This document shows, in pieces, positions 47,459 to 57,445 of a DNA stretch of 64,000 nucleotides. The DNA lies in NCBI GenBank assembly GCA_964509765.1, contig CAZDYI010000073.1:82-64081 (forward strand), written 5' to 3'. The position numbers were made by a program, and so were the translations under genes. The notes under the pieces are model-generated. The model ran no database searches, had not been told where the DNA came from, and was given only the letters and a program-made list of their open reading frames with translations. This DNA comes from an uncultured Gammaproteobacteria bacterium. Lineage in GTDB: Bacteria; Pseudomonadota; Gammaproteobacteria; Tethybacterales; Tethybacteraceae. Each line of letters opens with the position of its first letter. Position 1 is the stretch's first letter.

Positions 47459-48737
47459 GGGGCTTGCCGCCTGGGCCGCGCGCCTCGAGGGCCGCACGCC
47501 CTCGGGCAGCTTCGAGCTCGGCCTGACGCGCATCGCCCGCGCCGTCGCCGCGACGGGAATCGCCCCGCCGCGGCCCTTGATCACGGTCGCCGGGACCAAC
47601 GGCAAGGGCTCGACGTGCCGGCACGTCGAGTCGGTCCTCTGCGAGGCCGGCTACCGGCCCGGCTGCTTCTACTCTCCGCACCTGCACGACTTCGCCGAAA
47701 GGGTGCGGGTCGACGGCGGGCCCGCGGACGAGGCCCTGCTCGTCGAGGCCTTCGAGGAGGTCGAGGCCGCAGACGCCCGCCGCGGCGAGGGAGAGGAGCC
47801 GCTCAGCTACTTCGAGTTCGTCGCGGTCGCCGCCGCCCGCGCCTTCTGCGCCGCGGGCTGCAAGGCGACGGTGCTCGAGGTCGGCCTCGGCGGCAGGCTC
47901 GACGCGGTCAACGCCTTCGACGCCGACGTCGCGGTGATCACCTCGGTCGACATCGACCACACCGAGCACCTCGGCCCGGACCGCGAGAGCATCGGCGCCG
48001 AGAAGGCGGGCATACTGCGCGAGGGCATCCCCGTGGTGGTCGGCGACAGGAACGTGCCGGCCTCGGTCCTCGCGCGCGCCGATGAGCTCGGGTGCGAGGT
48101 CGCGCTGCGCGGCAGGGACTTCGCCGAGGAGCTGGTCGAGGGCGGGCAGTGGAACTACCGCGGCAAGGGGCTGCGCGCGGCGCTGCCGCGCCCGCCGATG
48201 CACGGCCGCCACCAGTACGCGAACGCGGCCTGCGCTCTTGCCGCGCTCGAGGCCCTCGACGACCGGCTGCCGGTCAGCCAGGCCGAGGTCCGCAACGGCA
48301 TCGCCGGCGCCACGCTCCCCGGCCGCTTCGAGGTGCTGCCGGGACCGGTCCCGGTCGTCCTTGACGTCGCGCACAACGTCCAGGGCGCGCGCGCCCTCGA
48401 CGCGGCCCTGCTCGACATGGGCTACTTCACCCGCACGGTCGCCGTGTTCGGCGCGCGGGCGAGGAAGGACGCCGAGGGAATCGTCGGCGCTCTTGCGGGC
48501 CGGATAGACGAGTGGCATGTCGCGCCGGTCAAGGGCGAGGACGCGGGCCAGGCGATGCGCAGCTGCGCGGCGATCAGGGGCCAGGGCGGGGAGGCGGCGC
48601 TCCACGACTCCGTCGCTGCCGCGGCCGCCGCCGCGCACGCCTCGGCGAAGGAGCGCGAGAGGATCGTCGTGTTCGGCTCGTTCATGACCGTGACTGAGTA
48701 CTCGCTGTTCCGCGAGGCCGGGCGCAAGGCGGCCTGA
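47451..48737 (+). CDS. folC: Bifunctional folylpolyglutamate synthase/dihydrofolate synthase
   Basis: VAGTNGKGST P-loop with Mur-ligase family architecture. Conserved position after accD. Confidence 0.9.
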   Translation: MPEGLAAWAARLEGRTPSGSFELGLTRIARAVAATGIAPPRPLITVAGTNGKGSTCRHVESVLCEAGYRPGCFYSPHLHDFAERVRVDGGPADEALLVEAFEEVEAADARRGEGEEPLSYFEFVAVAAARAFCAAGCKATVLEVGLGGRLDAVNAFDADVAVITSVDIDHTEHLGPDRESIGAEKAGILREGIPVVVGDRNVPASVLARADELGCEVALRGRDFAEELVEGGQWNYRGKGLRAALPRPPMHGRHQYANAACALAALEALDDRLPVSQAEVRNGIAGATLPGRFEVLPGPVPVVLDVAHNVQGARALDAALLDMGYFTRTVAVFGARARKDAEGIVGALAGRIDEWHVAPVKGEDAGQAMRSCAAIRGQGGEAALHDSVAAAAAAAHASAKERERIVVFGSFMTVTEYSLFREAGRKAA

Positions 48738-48787
48738 GCGGCAGGCTGCCGCCGGGGTTCGCGGAAGAGGCGGGGCCTAGGCTTGCG

Positions 48788-49360
48788 ATGGAGTCGGCGC
48801 TCTTTGACGTCGCGGTCGTCCTGTTCGTGCTCGTGAGCGTCTACGGCGACTACCGCGCGGGCGCCGCGCGGGCCCTCGCCAGGCTTGCCGGGGTCCTCGT
48901 CGCGCTGTGGCTGCTTCCCCACGTGATGCCGGGCCTTGGAGCGCAGGCCGGCTTCTACGCCCCGGAGATCGGCGTGATTGGCGCGGTGTTCGCCGTCGGG
49001 TTCATGGTCGTGCTCGCGTTGACGGTCGTCATGGACCGGCTGGCCCGCATATTCTTCTCCTCGGACAAGGGCAGGCGCAGCTCGCCGGCCGGCGGGGCGC
49101 TGGGGGCCGTGCGCTCTCTCGTCCTGGCGGTCGCGGTAGTCGGCGCCTCGGCGATCTCGCCCAGCCCCGTGATCAGGGAAAGCTGGGAGCGGTCGCTGCT
49201 CGCGCCGCCGCTCGGCGCTGCGCTCCGCGCGGTGTCCCTCGCCGGGCTCTACCCGCAGAGCATGGAGGGCTGGATGTCGGAGCTGCACTTCACCGAGGAC
49301 CACCAGCCGTTCGCGGTGCCCGAGAGCGTGATCGTGGTTCCGCTAGAGGGGCTTCGCTGA
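48788..49360 (+). CDS. CvpA-like membrane protein (first of three)
   Basis: N-terminus FDVAVVLFVLVSVYGDYRAGAARALARLAGVLVALWL resembles the CvpA helix-loop-helix start. About 4 TM segments. Confidence 0.55.
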   Translation: MESALFDVAVVLFVLVSVYGDYRAGAARALARLAGVLVALWLLPHVMPGLGAQAGFYAPEIGVIGAVFAVGFMVVLALTVVMDRLARIFFSSDKGRRSSPAGGALGAVRSLVLAVAVVGASAISPSPVIRESWERSLLAPPLGAALRAVSLAGLYPQSMEGWMSELHFTEDHQPFAVPESVIVVPLEGLR

Positions 49361-49987
49361 ATGGGGCCGACGGAACTCACGCTGCTGGCGATGGCCGCCT
49401 TCGCCCTTCTGCTTGCCTGGAAGGGGTCGATGCAGGGGTTCAGCAAGTCGTCCTTCGTCTTCTGTCTCCATGCCAACGCCCTCGCCCTGGCCGCGGCGGC
49501 CTTCCTTGCGACCGAATGGCTCTTGGACGTAGAGGCTCTGAGCCGCTCTAGAGAGCTGAAGTACGACGAGATAGAGGTCCCGCAGCTCGGCTCCGTCTCT
49601 GAGGTGGAGAACTACCTGGAGATAGCGGTCCACTACAACAAGCTCGGCTGGCTGGTCGCGGTGTACCTGAGGCCGCTCATAATCGGCCTGGCCGTGCTTG
49701 TCCCTGCCGTTTGGGCGCTGCGCTGGTACTTCAGGGTGTACTTGGTCGTCATGCCGTTGAGGCTCGGAGCTACCTCGCGCCTTGGCGGGGCCGCGGTGGG
49801 CGCCGTCGCGTCACTCTGCTGGCTGTCCTTGTTCGGGTTGTTCCTTCCCATGTGGTCCGAGGACTTCTTCCGCGGACACTACATCAAGTCAGACCTGTTG
49901 ATGATGTCCGGATGGCCGGCGCGTTCCGTTGTCAGTTTCATCTGGGAGGCGAAGTTGGCAGATGTTACAATTCTCATCCTGAGGTGA
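49361..49987 (+). CDS. Hypothetical polytopic membrane protein (weakly CvpA-like N-terminus)
   Basis: Its ATG abuts the upstream TGA. LLAMAAFALLLAWKGSMQGFSKS, with several TM segments. Somewhat lower G+C by eye. Confidence 0.5.
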   Translation: MGPTELTLLAMAAFALLLAWKGSMQGFSKSSFVFCLHANALALAAAAFLATEWLLDVEALSRSRELKYDEIEVPQLGSVSEVENYLEIAVHYNKLGWLVAVYLRPLIIGLAVLVPAVWALRWYFRVYLVVMPLRLGATSRLGGAAVGAVASLCWLSLFGLFLPMWSEDFFRGHYIKSDLLMMSGWPARSVVSFIWEAKLADVTILILR

Positions 49988-50041
49988 GCCCCGGAGCGAC
50001 GTCGCAACTGTTCCGGGAACGGGCGGCGTAAGGACGCCCCG

Positions 50042-50773
50042 ATGGCAGACCAGGAAGGCGAGACCGCCGCGGCCGAGCGGCCCTTCGGCCTGACACCGAG
50101 CCGCGTCCGCGGCTTCATCGCGGTCCTCGTGCTGTTCATCGGCATCTACGCGATCCTGTTCGAGAGCGAGCCGCCGCCGGTCTTCGAGGACGTCGACATC
50201 AACATCCCGGAGCGGCCGGAGCCGGACTTCGACGAGCGGTCGATAATCCTGCCCGACTTGGAACCCAGCCCCGAGGAGGAGGGCGCCGAGGCCGCCGAGG
50301 GGGTGGAGATCACCACGACCGAGGTTGAGGAAGCGCCCGAGCCGCAGCCGGTGGGGCAGGGGGAAACAGCCGAGGCCCCCGCAGAGATCGCGTCGGAGGA
50401 AGCGCCCGCTGAGGAGCCGGCCGAGGAGCCCGCGCCGGAACCCGAGCCAGAGCCCGTCGCGGCGGACGAGGAGCCTGCGCCCGAGGAGGAGCGGCCGCAG
50501 GATTCCGAGACGGCGCCCTCCGCGACGTCGGGCTACTACGTGCAGATCGGGGCGTTTGAATCGCGGGAGTCCGCGTCCTCCCTGAGCGAGAAGGTCGGCA
50601 GCGCCCTGGAGGTCCCTACCTACGTCGAGTCCATCAGGAGGGGCGGCAAAGTGCTGTACCGCGTGCGCCTCGGGCCGTTCGGCGACGACGAGGCGCGGGC
50701 GAGGAACACCCTCAACCGGCTGCGCGAGCTCGACCCCAATCTCGGCGCGAACTCGTACGTCGACCTTGAGTGA
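50042..50773 (+). CDS. SPOR-domain protein (DedD-like)
   Basis: N-terminal TM, an acidic P/E/A linker and a C-terminal SPOR block GYYVQIGAFESRESASSL...YRVRLGPFGDDEARA. Confidence 0.8.
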   Translation: MADQEGETAAAERPFGLTPSRVRGFIAVLVLFIGIYAILFESEPPPVFEDVDINIPERPEPDFDERSIILPDLEPSPEEEGAEAAEGVEITTTEVEEAPEPQPVGQGETAEAPAEIASEEAPAEEPAEEPAPEPEPEPVAADEEPAPEEERPQDSETAPSATSGYYVQIGAFESRESASSLSEKVGSALEVPTYVESIRRGGKVLYRVRLGPFGDDEARARNTLNRLRELDPNLGANSYVDLE

Positions 50774-51413
50774 GGCGCTAGGGAGCATTCCCCTGTCGAC
50801 CGCCGACCTCGTCGTGGTCGGCCTGTTGTGCCTCTACACGTTCTTCGGATTCCTCCACGGCTTTTTGGACGGGCTGATCAGGCTCGCCGCGCTCGCGGCG
50901 ATGGTCCTGATGTTCACCCACGGCGCCGAGTTCGCCATCGAGCGTTTCGGCATCGACCTCGGGATGGATCCCGGCACCGAGCGGACCGCGGTCGCCGTAA
51001 TAGCCATCGTCCCGATCCTCGTCGCCAGCATCCTGCTGCGCCTTGCCGTCAAGCTCGTTCCGTCCTCGGGGATCGGAAACGTCGCCGGGCTCGCGGTGGG
51101 CTTCCTGCGCGGCAACATTGCGGTGGTCGTCCTCGTGTACGCCGCTAACCTGTTCTTCCACGAGTACCTCAAGGACCGCGCCGGCGACTCGAAGGTCGTC
51201 CCGCTGTACGTCAGCCTGACCAAGTCGATAGTCGGCGACCTAGACGCCGAGCGCAGGGTCATGCTCGGCAGGATCGACGGGGCCGAGACCTACGAGGCGA
51301 TCAAGGAAGGCGCCGAGACCATCAAGCAGGGCCAGGGCGTGCTCGACGAGGAGGCCTACATCGAGCGCAACCAGGACCTCGGCGACCTCGTCGAGCAGGC
51401 GAACGAACAGTAG
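50766..51413 (+). CDS. cvpA: CvpA family protein
   Basis: LSTADLVVVGLLCLYTFFGFLHGFLDGLIRLAALAAMVLMF is a typical CvpA N-terminus. Conserved folC-dedD-cvpA neighbourhood. Confidence 0.75.
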   Translation: MSEALGSIPLSTADLVVVGLLCLYTFFGFLHGFLDGLIRLAALAAMVLMFTHGAEFAIERFGIDLGMDPGTERTAVAVIAIVPILVASILLRLAVKLVPSSGIGNVAGLAVGFLRGNIAVVVLVYAANLFFHEYLKDRAGDSKVVPLYVSLTKSIVGDLDAERRVMLGRIDGAETYEAIKEGAETIKQGQGVLDEEAYIERNQDLGDLVEQANEQ

Positions 51414-51456
51414 CGGCGCTAGCGGGAAGCCGCCGCCAGCAAATAGACTCCTGACC

Positions 51457-52647
51457 GTGGGCGACGGGGAAGGCAAGGCCGGCCGGCGGACCCTCGCGGT
51501 GCGCGAGGGCCTCGGGCGCACGGAGCACGGCGAGCAGTCCGAGCCGCTGTTCCTGTCTTCGAGCTTCCGCTTCGAGTCCGCCGAGCAGGCCGCGGCCCGC
51601 TTCGACGACAGCGAGCCGGGCTTCGTCTACACCCGCTTCTCCAACCCGACGGTCGAGACCTTCGAGCGGAGGCTCGCGGCGATGGAGGGCACCGAGGCGT
51701 GCTTCGCGACCGCAAGCGGCATGGCCGCGATCTTCGCCGCGGTCATGGCGCTGTGCGAGTCCGGCAGCAGGGTGGTCGCCTCCCTGCAGCTGTTCGGAGC
51801 GACGGTCAACCTGCTGCGAAACGTCGTCGCCAAGTTCGGCGTCGACGTCCGCTTCGTCGACACGACCGACCCCGGCGACTGGGCGAAGGCCGCCGACGGC
51901 AGGGCCGACCTCCTGATCGTCGAGTCGCCGTCGAACCCGCAGCTCGACGTCTACGACATTGCCGCGCTCGCCCAGGTCGCGCGCGACGCCGGCGGGACGC
52001 TGCTCGTCGACAACTGCCTGTGCACGCCCGAGCTGCAGAACCCGGCGGAACTCGGCGCGGGACTCGTCATGCACTCGGCGACCAAGTACATCGACGGCCA
52101 GGGCCGCGTGCTCGGCGGCGCGCTGTGCGGCGACGAGGAGACGATCCGCGGCCGCATCCGGCCGTTCATGCGCTGCGCCGGCCCGAGCATGTCGCCGTTC
52201 AACGCCTGGGTGCTGCTCAAGGGCCTCGAGACCGTCGGCCTGCGCGTGCGCGAGATGTCGCGCGTCGCGCTCGCGCTCGCCGGGCAGGCCGAGGCGCACA
52301 AGGCGGTCGAGCGCGTCGTCCACCCCTACCTGCCCTCGCACCCGGCGCACGAGCTCGCGAAGAGGCAGCAGTCCGCAGGATGCGGGATCGTCTCGGTCTT
52401 CCTCAAGGGCGGCCGGGAGGCTGCCTTCAGGGCGATCAACGCGACGAGGGTCATGTCGATCACGGCGAACTTCGGCGACGCGAAGAGCACCGTCACCCAC
52501 CCGGCCTCGACCACCCACCTGCGGGTCGGCGAGGAGATCCGCGCCCGCGCGGGGATAACCGACGGGCTCGTGAGGTTCTCGGCGGGACTCGAGGACGAGG
52601 GCGACCTCAGGGAGGACCTCGCCCGGGCGCTGGACGCCGCGAGCTGA
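51457..52647 (+). CDS. metZ: O-succinylhomoserine sulfhydrylase / Cys-Met-metabolism PLP enzyme
   Basis: FVYTRFSNPTV, the ATASGMAAI PLP family blocks and HSATKYIDGQG (PLP Lys). Confidence 0.8.
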   Translation: MGDGEGKAGRRTLAVREGLGRTEHGEQSEPLFLSSSFRFESAEQAAARFDDSEPGFVYTRFSNPTVETFERRLAAMEGTEACFATASGMAAIFAAVMALCESGSRVVASLQLFGATVNLLRNVVAKFGVDVRFVDTTDPGDWAKAADGRADLLIVESPSNPQLDVYDIAALAQVARDAGGTLLVDNCLCTPELQNPAELGAGLVMHSATKYIDGQGRVLGGALCGDEETIRGRIRPFMRCAGPSMSPFNAWVLLKGLETVGLRVREMSRVALALAGQAEAHKAVERVVHPYLPSHPAHELAKRQQSAGCGIVSVFLKGGREAAFRAINATRVMSITANFGDAKSTVTHPASTTHLRVGEEIRARAGITDGLVRFSAGLEDEGDLREDLARALDAAS

Positions 52648-54020
52648 CGGGCAGGGCGGGCGGCCGGGACTCCGGCTCCGACCTCACCCGCGGGGCCCCG
52701 GCGGCGCACCTGCGCCGGCTTGCGGTCCCGGCGACGGTCGGGGCGCTGTTCGGCCTGCTGTTCAACCTCACCGACTACTTCGTAGCCGGCTTCCACTCGA
52801 CCGACGCGCAGGTCGCGCTCGGGTTCTCGTTCCCGCTGTTCTACGTGATCCTGGCGTTCTCGGTCGGGCTCACCCGCGCCGCCACCGGGCTGGTTTCGCG
52901 CGCGCTCGGGTCCGGCGACCGCGAGGGCGCCGCGCGCTGCGCGTCGCAGCTGGTGTTCGCCTCTGCCGCTGCCGGGATCGCGATCGCCGCGGCCGGCATC
53001 CCGGCCGCAGGGCCGGTCGCGCGGGCTCTCGGGGCCGACGCGGTCCAGACGGAGATGACTGTCCGCTACATGGCGTGGCTGTACGCCTTCGCCGCGCTGT
53101 TCATAATCACCATGGCCGTCTCCGGGGTGCTCGTCGCGCACGGCAACACCCGCACCTACCGCAACGCGCTCGCCGCGAGCGCGGTCCTCAACATGATCCT
53201 CGACCCGGTCCTGATGTTCGGCTGGCTCGGCCTGCCTGCGCTCGGCATCGACGGCATCGCGATCGCGACGGTCGCGACGCAGGTGATGGTGCTCGCCTGG
53301 CTGCTCGCCGTCGCCAGGCGGACCGGCGTGGCCGGAAGGCTGTCCCTCGCCGCCCTGATGCCCGACTTCTCCGTGCAGAAGGCAGTTGCCGCCCAGGCGT
53401 TCCCGCCGACGCTGAACATGCTGTCGATCAGCCTCGGCTTCCTGATCTACGTCTACTACCTCGGCCAGATCGACGTCCTGTCAGTCGCGGCCTTCGGCAT
53501 CGCGCAGCGGGTAGACCAGGTCGTGCAGCTGCTTGCGAGCGGCTTCGGAGTCGCGCTGCTCGCGCTCGCGGGGCAGAACTTCGGGGCCGGGCTGCACCGG
53601 AGGATGAAGGAGGCCCTGTCCTCCGCCGACCGGCACGTCCTGGCGGTCACCGCGGCCGGCGGGCTGCTCATGATCATCGCCGGAAAGGGGATGATGTGGC
53701 TGTTCAGCAGAGAATCAGCCGTGATCTCGTATGGATACGCCTTCATGGTGACGGCCGCGTTCGTCGGCCCCGCCCACGCACTCCTGCACAACTGCGTGTC
53801 GATGCTCCAGGCAGTCGGCAGGCCGATGCTGATCGTCCCGCTCAGCCTGCTGCGGATGGTCGTCCTGCCGTCGGTCCTGTGCTGGGCGCTGGTCGCGGTC
53901 GCCGGGCTCGGGACCCTCGGCGTCTGGATCGCGTTCCTCGCGTCCAACCTCGTCGCCGCGGCCGCCGCGCGGCTGCTAACGGTCGGCGTGCTCCGCGAGG
54001 TCGCGCCGCTGAGGCCGTGA
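52644..54020 (+). CDS. MATE-family efflux transporter (copy 1); start codon unresolved
   Basis: DLTRGAPAAHLRRLAVPATVGALFGLLFNLTDYFVAG plus 12-TM MATE architecture. The only in-frame candidate near the 5' end is CTG at 52644, overlapping the metZ stop (CTGA). Confidence 0.75.
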   Translation: MTGRAGGRDSGSDLTRGAPAAHLRRLAVPATVGALFGLLFNLTDYFVAGFHSTDAQVALGFSFPLFYVILAFSVGLTRAATGLVSRALGSGDREGAARCASQLVFASAAAGIAIAAAGIPAAGPVARALGADAVQTEMTVRYMAWLYAFAALFIITMAVSGVLVAHGNTRTYRNALAASAVLNMILDPVLMFGWLGLPALGIDGIAIATVATQVMVLAWLLAVARRTGVAGRLSLAALMPDFSVQKAVAAQAFPPTLNMLSISLGFLIYVYYLGQIDVLSVAAFGIAQRVDQVVQLLASGFGVALLALAGQNFGAGLHRRMKEALSSADRHVLAVTAAGGLLMIIAGKGMMWLFSRESAVISYGYAFMVTAAFVGPAHALLHNCVSMLQAVGRPMLIVPLSLLRMVVLPSVLCWALVAVAGLGTLGVWIAFLASNLVAAAAARLLTVGVLREVAPLRP

Positions 54021-55459
54021 GCAAGGAAGACGCCGCAGCCGAGGCGCTGCCCGCGGAGGCCGAGGCGCACGACATCCCCGACTCGGCTATCCCGCCGCAC
54101 GCGGAGTCCGAGGACCGCTCGGACCTCACCCGCGGCCCGATCGCGAGGCACCTGCGCCGGCTCGCGGTCCCGGCGTCGGTCGGCTTCTTCTTCAACGTGC
54201 TGTTCAACGTCACCGACACGCTGTGCGCGGGCTTCTGGTCGACCGACGCGCAGGCGGCGCTGGCGTTCTCGTTCCCGCTGTTCTTCATCGTGATCTGCTG
54301 CGCGGTCGGCCTGTCGCAGGCGGCCTCCGGGCTGATCTCCCGGTCGCTCGGCGCGGGCAAGGCGATGCGCGCCCGCTACTACATCGGCCAGCTGCTCGTC
54401 TCGGTCGCGTTCGTCGGCGCCTTCGTAGCCGTCGCGGGCAACGTCATCGACCGGCCGCTGATGTCCTTCATCGGCGCCGCCGGCGATCAGCTCGAGCTCG
54501 GCCTCGACTACACGGTGTGGATCTTCAGCTTCTCGGCGCTGTTCATGCTGACGATGGTGCTGTCGGGGATCCTTTCGGCGCACGGCAACACCCACACCTT
54601 CCGCAACTGCCTGATCGCGGCCTCGCTGCTGAACATCTTCCTCGACCCGGCGCTGATGTTCGGCTGGGTCGGCCTGCCGCGGCTCGGCATGCACGGCATC
54701 GCGATCGCGACCGTGATCGCCCAGGCGCTGATGATCTGCTGGATGGTCCCGGTCGCCTACCGCCAGCGGTCGCTGCGCGGCATCAGGCCGGTGCACCTCT
54801 CGCCGCGCCGCCGCGCGATGCGGCGCATCGCCGGGCAGGCCACCCCGCCTACCCTCAACATGGTCGCGATCAACTTCGGCTTCATCGTCAACACCTACTA
54901 CCTCGCGCTCGTCGACACGATCTCGGTTGCCTCCTACGGCATCGCGCTGCGGATCGAGCAGATGGTCCTGCTTCTGACGATCGGCCTGAACATCGGCCTG
55001 CTCGCCGTTGCCGGACAGAACTTCGGCGCCCGCAAGCCCGCCAGGGTGCGGGAGGTGCACAGGCTCGCAAACCGCGCAGGCCTCGTGATCGTCGCCTTTG
55101 GCGCGCTGTTCATGCTCACCGCCGGCAGGCTGATGGTGTGGCTGTTCAACCGCGAGGAGGAGGTCATCGACTACGGCTACGAGTACCTGGTGACCGCGTC
55201 GTTGATCGGGCCGTTCTACATAATCGCCCACAACGCGACCGCGATGCTCCAGGCAGTCGGCCGCCCGGCGATGATCGGCCCGATCGGCGCCGCGCGGCTG
55301 ATCGTCATGCCGCTCATCTTCTGCTGGCTGTTCGTTGTCGTGTACGATCTCGGAACTCGGGGGGTCTGGCTGTCGCTGTTCCTCGCCAACGTGATCGCGA
55401 CGGTCTTCCTCTACTTCTACACCCGCCGGGTCCTCGACCGGACCGCGCCCGCGGCATGA
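54017..55459 (+). CDS. MATE-family efflux transporter (copy 2)
   Basis: GTGA overlap with copy 1. DLTRGPIARHLRRLAVPASVGFFFNVLFNVTDTLCAG. Paralogous to copy 1 over its full length. Confidence 0.85.
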   Translation: MSKEDAAAEALPAEAEAHDIPDSAIPPHAESEDRSDLTRGPIARHLRRLAVPASVGFFFNVLFNVTDTLCAGFWSTDAQAALAFSFPLFFIVICCAVGLSQAASGLISRSLGAGKAMRARYYIGQLLVSVAFVGAFVAVAGNVIDRPLMSFIGAAGDQLELGLDYTVWIFSFSALFMLTMVLSGILSAHGNTHTFRNCLIAASLLNIFLDPALMFGWVGLPRLGMHGIAIATVIAQALMICWMVPVAYRQRSLRGIRPVHLSPRRRAMRRIAGQATPPTLNMVAINFGFIVNTYYLALVDTISVASYGIALRIEQMVLLLTIGLNIGLLAVAGQNFGARKPARVREVHRLANRAGLVIVAFGALFMLTAGRLMVWLFNREEEVIDYGYEYLVTASLIGPFYIIAHNATAMLQAVGRPAMIGPIGAARLIVMPLIFCWLFVVVYDLGTRGVWLSLFLANVIATVFLYFYTRRVLDRTAPAA

Positions 55460-56451
55460 ATAGGAGGGAGCTGCTCAAGGCCGCGGGCCTCGCGCCGCTG
55501 CTGCCCGCACGGGCCGCCCTTGCCGACGGCGAGGAGCTCGCCCCGCTCGCTTCGGGCTTCATCGACATGATGGTCGACCGCCACGGCTTCGAGCGCGCCG
55601 AGCTCGAGGCTGCGTTCGAGGGGCTGCGCGCCAACGGCAAGGTTCTCGACCTGATCAAGCCGCCCGAGGAGGGAGGGCGCAAGTTCTACTGGGATGAGTA
55701 CCGCGCCATTCACGTCACGATCAACAAGATCGGCAACGGCGTGCTCTTCGCTGGGACCCACGAGGAGGACCTCGCCCGCGCCGAGCGGGAGTACGGCGTG
55801 CCGGGGGAGATCATCACGGCGATCATCGGCATCGAGACTCGCTACGGCGGCTACACCGGAAACTACGACAGCCTCGAGGCGATCGCGACGCTCGCGTTCG
55901 CCTACCCGCCGCGCTCCGAGTACTTCACTGGCGAGCTCGAGCAGCTGTTCCTCCATGCGCGCGAGCAGGGCATCGAGCCCGGCGGGACGCACGGATCGTA
56001 CGCAGGCGCGACGGGCTACCCGCAGTTCATGCCGACCTCGCTGCGGACCTGGGCGGTCGACTTCGACGGCGACGGCAAGGTGGACCTGTTCACCTTCTCC
56101 GACTCGATCGGCTCGGTCGCGAACTTCCTCGTCGACCACGGCTGGGAGCGCGGCTTCCCGGTCGCGTTCCCGGTGGCGCCGGGCGACGGCGCCGACCCGC
56201 AGCGGCTGCTCGACGCGGGAATAGTCCCGGCGCTGTCGGCCGGGGACTTCGCCGCGGCCGGGATGCCGGTCGACTTCGGCGAGGAGGCGCCGTTCCGCGG
56301 CAAGCTCGCGCTTATCGACCTCGAGAACGAGGGCGGCTACGAGTACCGCGCCGGGACGATCAACTACTACGTTCTGACGCGCTACAACCGCAGCAACAAG
56401 TACGCCATGGCGGTCCTCGACCTCGCGCGCGAGATAAGAAAGCGCGCCTAG
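55456..56451 (+). CDS. mltB: Lytic murein transglycosylase B family
   Basis: Tat-like signal MNRRELLKAAGLAPLLPARAALA, with GIETRYGGYTG and GYPQFMPTS blocks. ATGA overlap with the MATE gene. Confidence 0.85.
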   Translation: MNRRELLKAAGLAPLLPARAALADGEELAPLASGFIDMMVDRHGFERAELEAAFEGLRANGKVLDLIKPPEEGGRKFYWDEYRAIHVTINKIGNGVLFAGTHEEDLARAEREYGVPGEIITAIIGIETRYGGYTGNYDSLEAIATLAFAYPPRSEYFTGELEQLFLHAREQGIEPGGTHGSYAGATGYPQFMPTSLRTWAVDFDGDGKVDLFTFSDSIGSVANFLVDHGWERGFPVAFPVAPGDGADPQRLLDAGIVPALSAGDFAAAGMPVDFGEEAPFRGKLALIDLENEGGYEYRAGTINYYVLTRYNRSNKYAMAVLDLAREIRKRA

Positions 56452-56461
56452 CGCCCGGCCC

Positions 56462-57445
56462 CTAGTCCCGCACCCGCCGGCCCTCGGCGTCGAACCAAAG
56501 CACGTCCGAGTCGGCCCACTCGAGTCCGACCCGGTCGCCGACCTGGATAGGGCTCTGGCGGAAGAACCTGACGGTGAGCCCCTCGCCGGACTCGGTCTCG
56601 ACGATTGCGTTGGTGTCTCCGCCAAGTCGCTCGACGTGGGTAACCGTGGCCGCGAGCCCGCCGTCGCCGACGGTTATGCACTCCGGCCTGATCCCCATTG
56701 TCCGGCCGCTGCGCTCGAGGAAGTTGATCGACGGCGCCCCGAGAAACCCGGCGACGAACCTGTTGACCGGGTCGTTGTAGAGCTCCATCGGCGTGCCGGC
56801 CTGCTCGATCACGCCCTCGTTGAGGACGACGATCCGGTCGGCGAGCGTCATCGCCTCGACCTGGTCATGGGTGACGTAGACCATCGTCGCCTCGAGCTGG
56901 CGGTGGAGCCTGGCGAGCTCGACCCTGGTGTTGATCCGCAGCGCCGCGTCGAGGTTGGAAAGCGGCTCGTCGAACAGGAACAGCTTCGGCTCGCGGACGA
57001 TCGCCCGCCCGATCGCGACGCGCTGGCGCTGCCCTCCTGAGAGCTCGGCCGGCCTGCGCCCGAGCAGCTCCTCGAGCGAGAGCATCCGCGCGGCTCCCGC
57101 GACCCGCTCCTCCACGAGCTCGCGCGGAGCGCCCTCCTGGCGCAGGCCGAGGCTCATGTTGCGCTCGACGGTCAGGTGCGGGTAGAGCGCGTAGGTCTGG
57201 AACACCATCGCGATCCCGCGCTTGGCCGGCGGGACGTGGTTTACGACCTTGCCGCCGATCGACACCGTCCCGGAGCTGACGTCCTCGAGCAGCCCGGCGA
57301 TGACGCGCAGAAGGGTCGACTTGCCGCAGCCGGACGGGCCGACGATGACGACGAACTCGCCCTCCTCGACCTCGAGGCTGATGTCCCTGAGGACCTCGGT
57401 GTCGCCGTAGGACTTGCAGACCCGGTCGAGGGCAAGCGCGGTCAC
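56462..57445 (-). CDS. Carbohydrate-type ABC transporter ATP-binding protein (MalK/UgpC family)
   Basis: GTG start. [25 protein letters not shown] and [10 protein letters not shown], plus a C-terminal TOBE-like domain. Confidence 0.9.
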   Translation of the reverse strand: MTALALDRVCKSYGDTEVLRDISLEVEEGEFVVIVGPSGCGKSTLLRVIAGLLEDVSSGTVSIGGKVVNHVPPAKRGIAMVFQTYALYPHLTVERNMSLGLRQEGAPRELVEERVAGAARMLSLEELLGRRPAELSGGQRQRVAIGRAIVREPKLFLFDEPLSNLDAALRINTRVELARLHRQLEATMVYVTHDQVEAMTLADRIVVLNEGVIEQAGTPMELYNDPVNRFVAGFLGAPSINFLERSGRTMGIRPECITVGDGGLAATVTHVERLGGDTNAIVETESGEGLTVRFFRQSPIQVGDRVGLEWADSDVLWFDAEGRRVRD

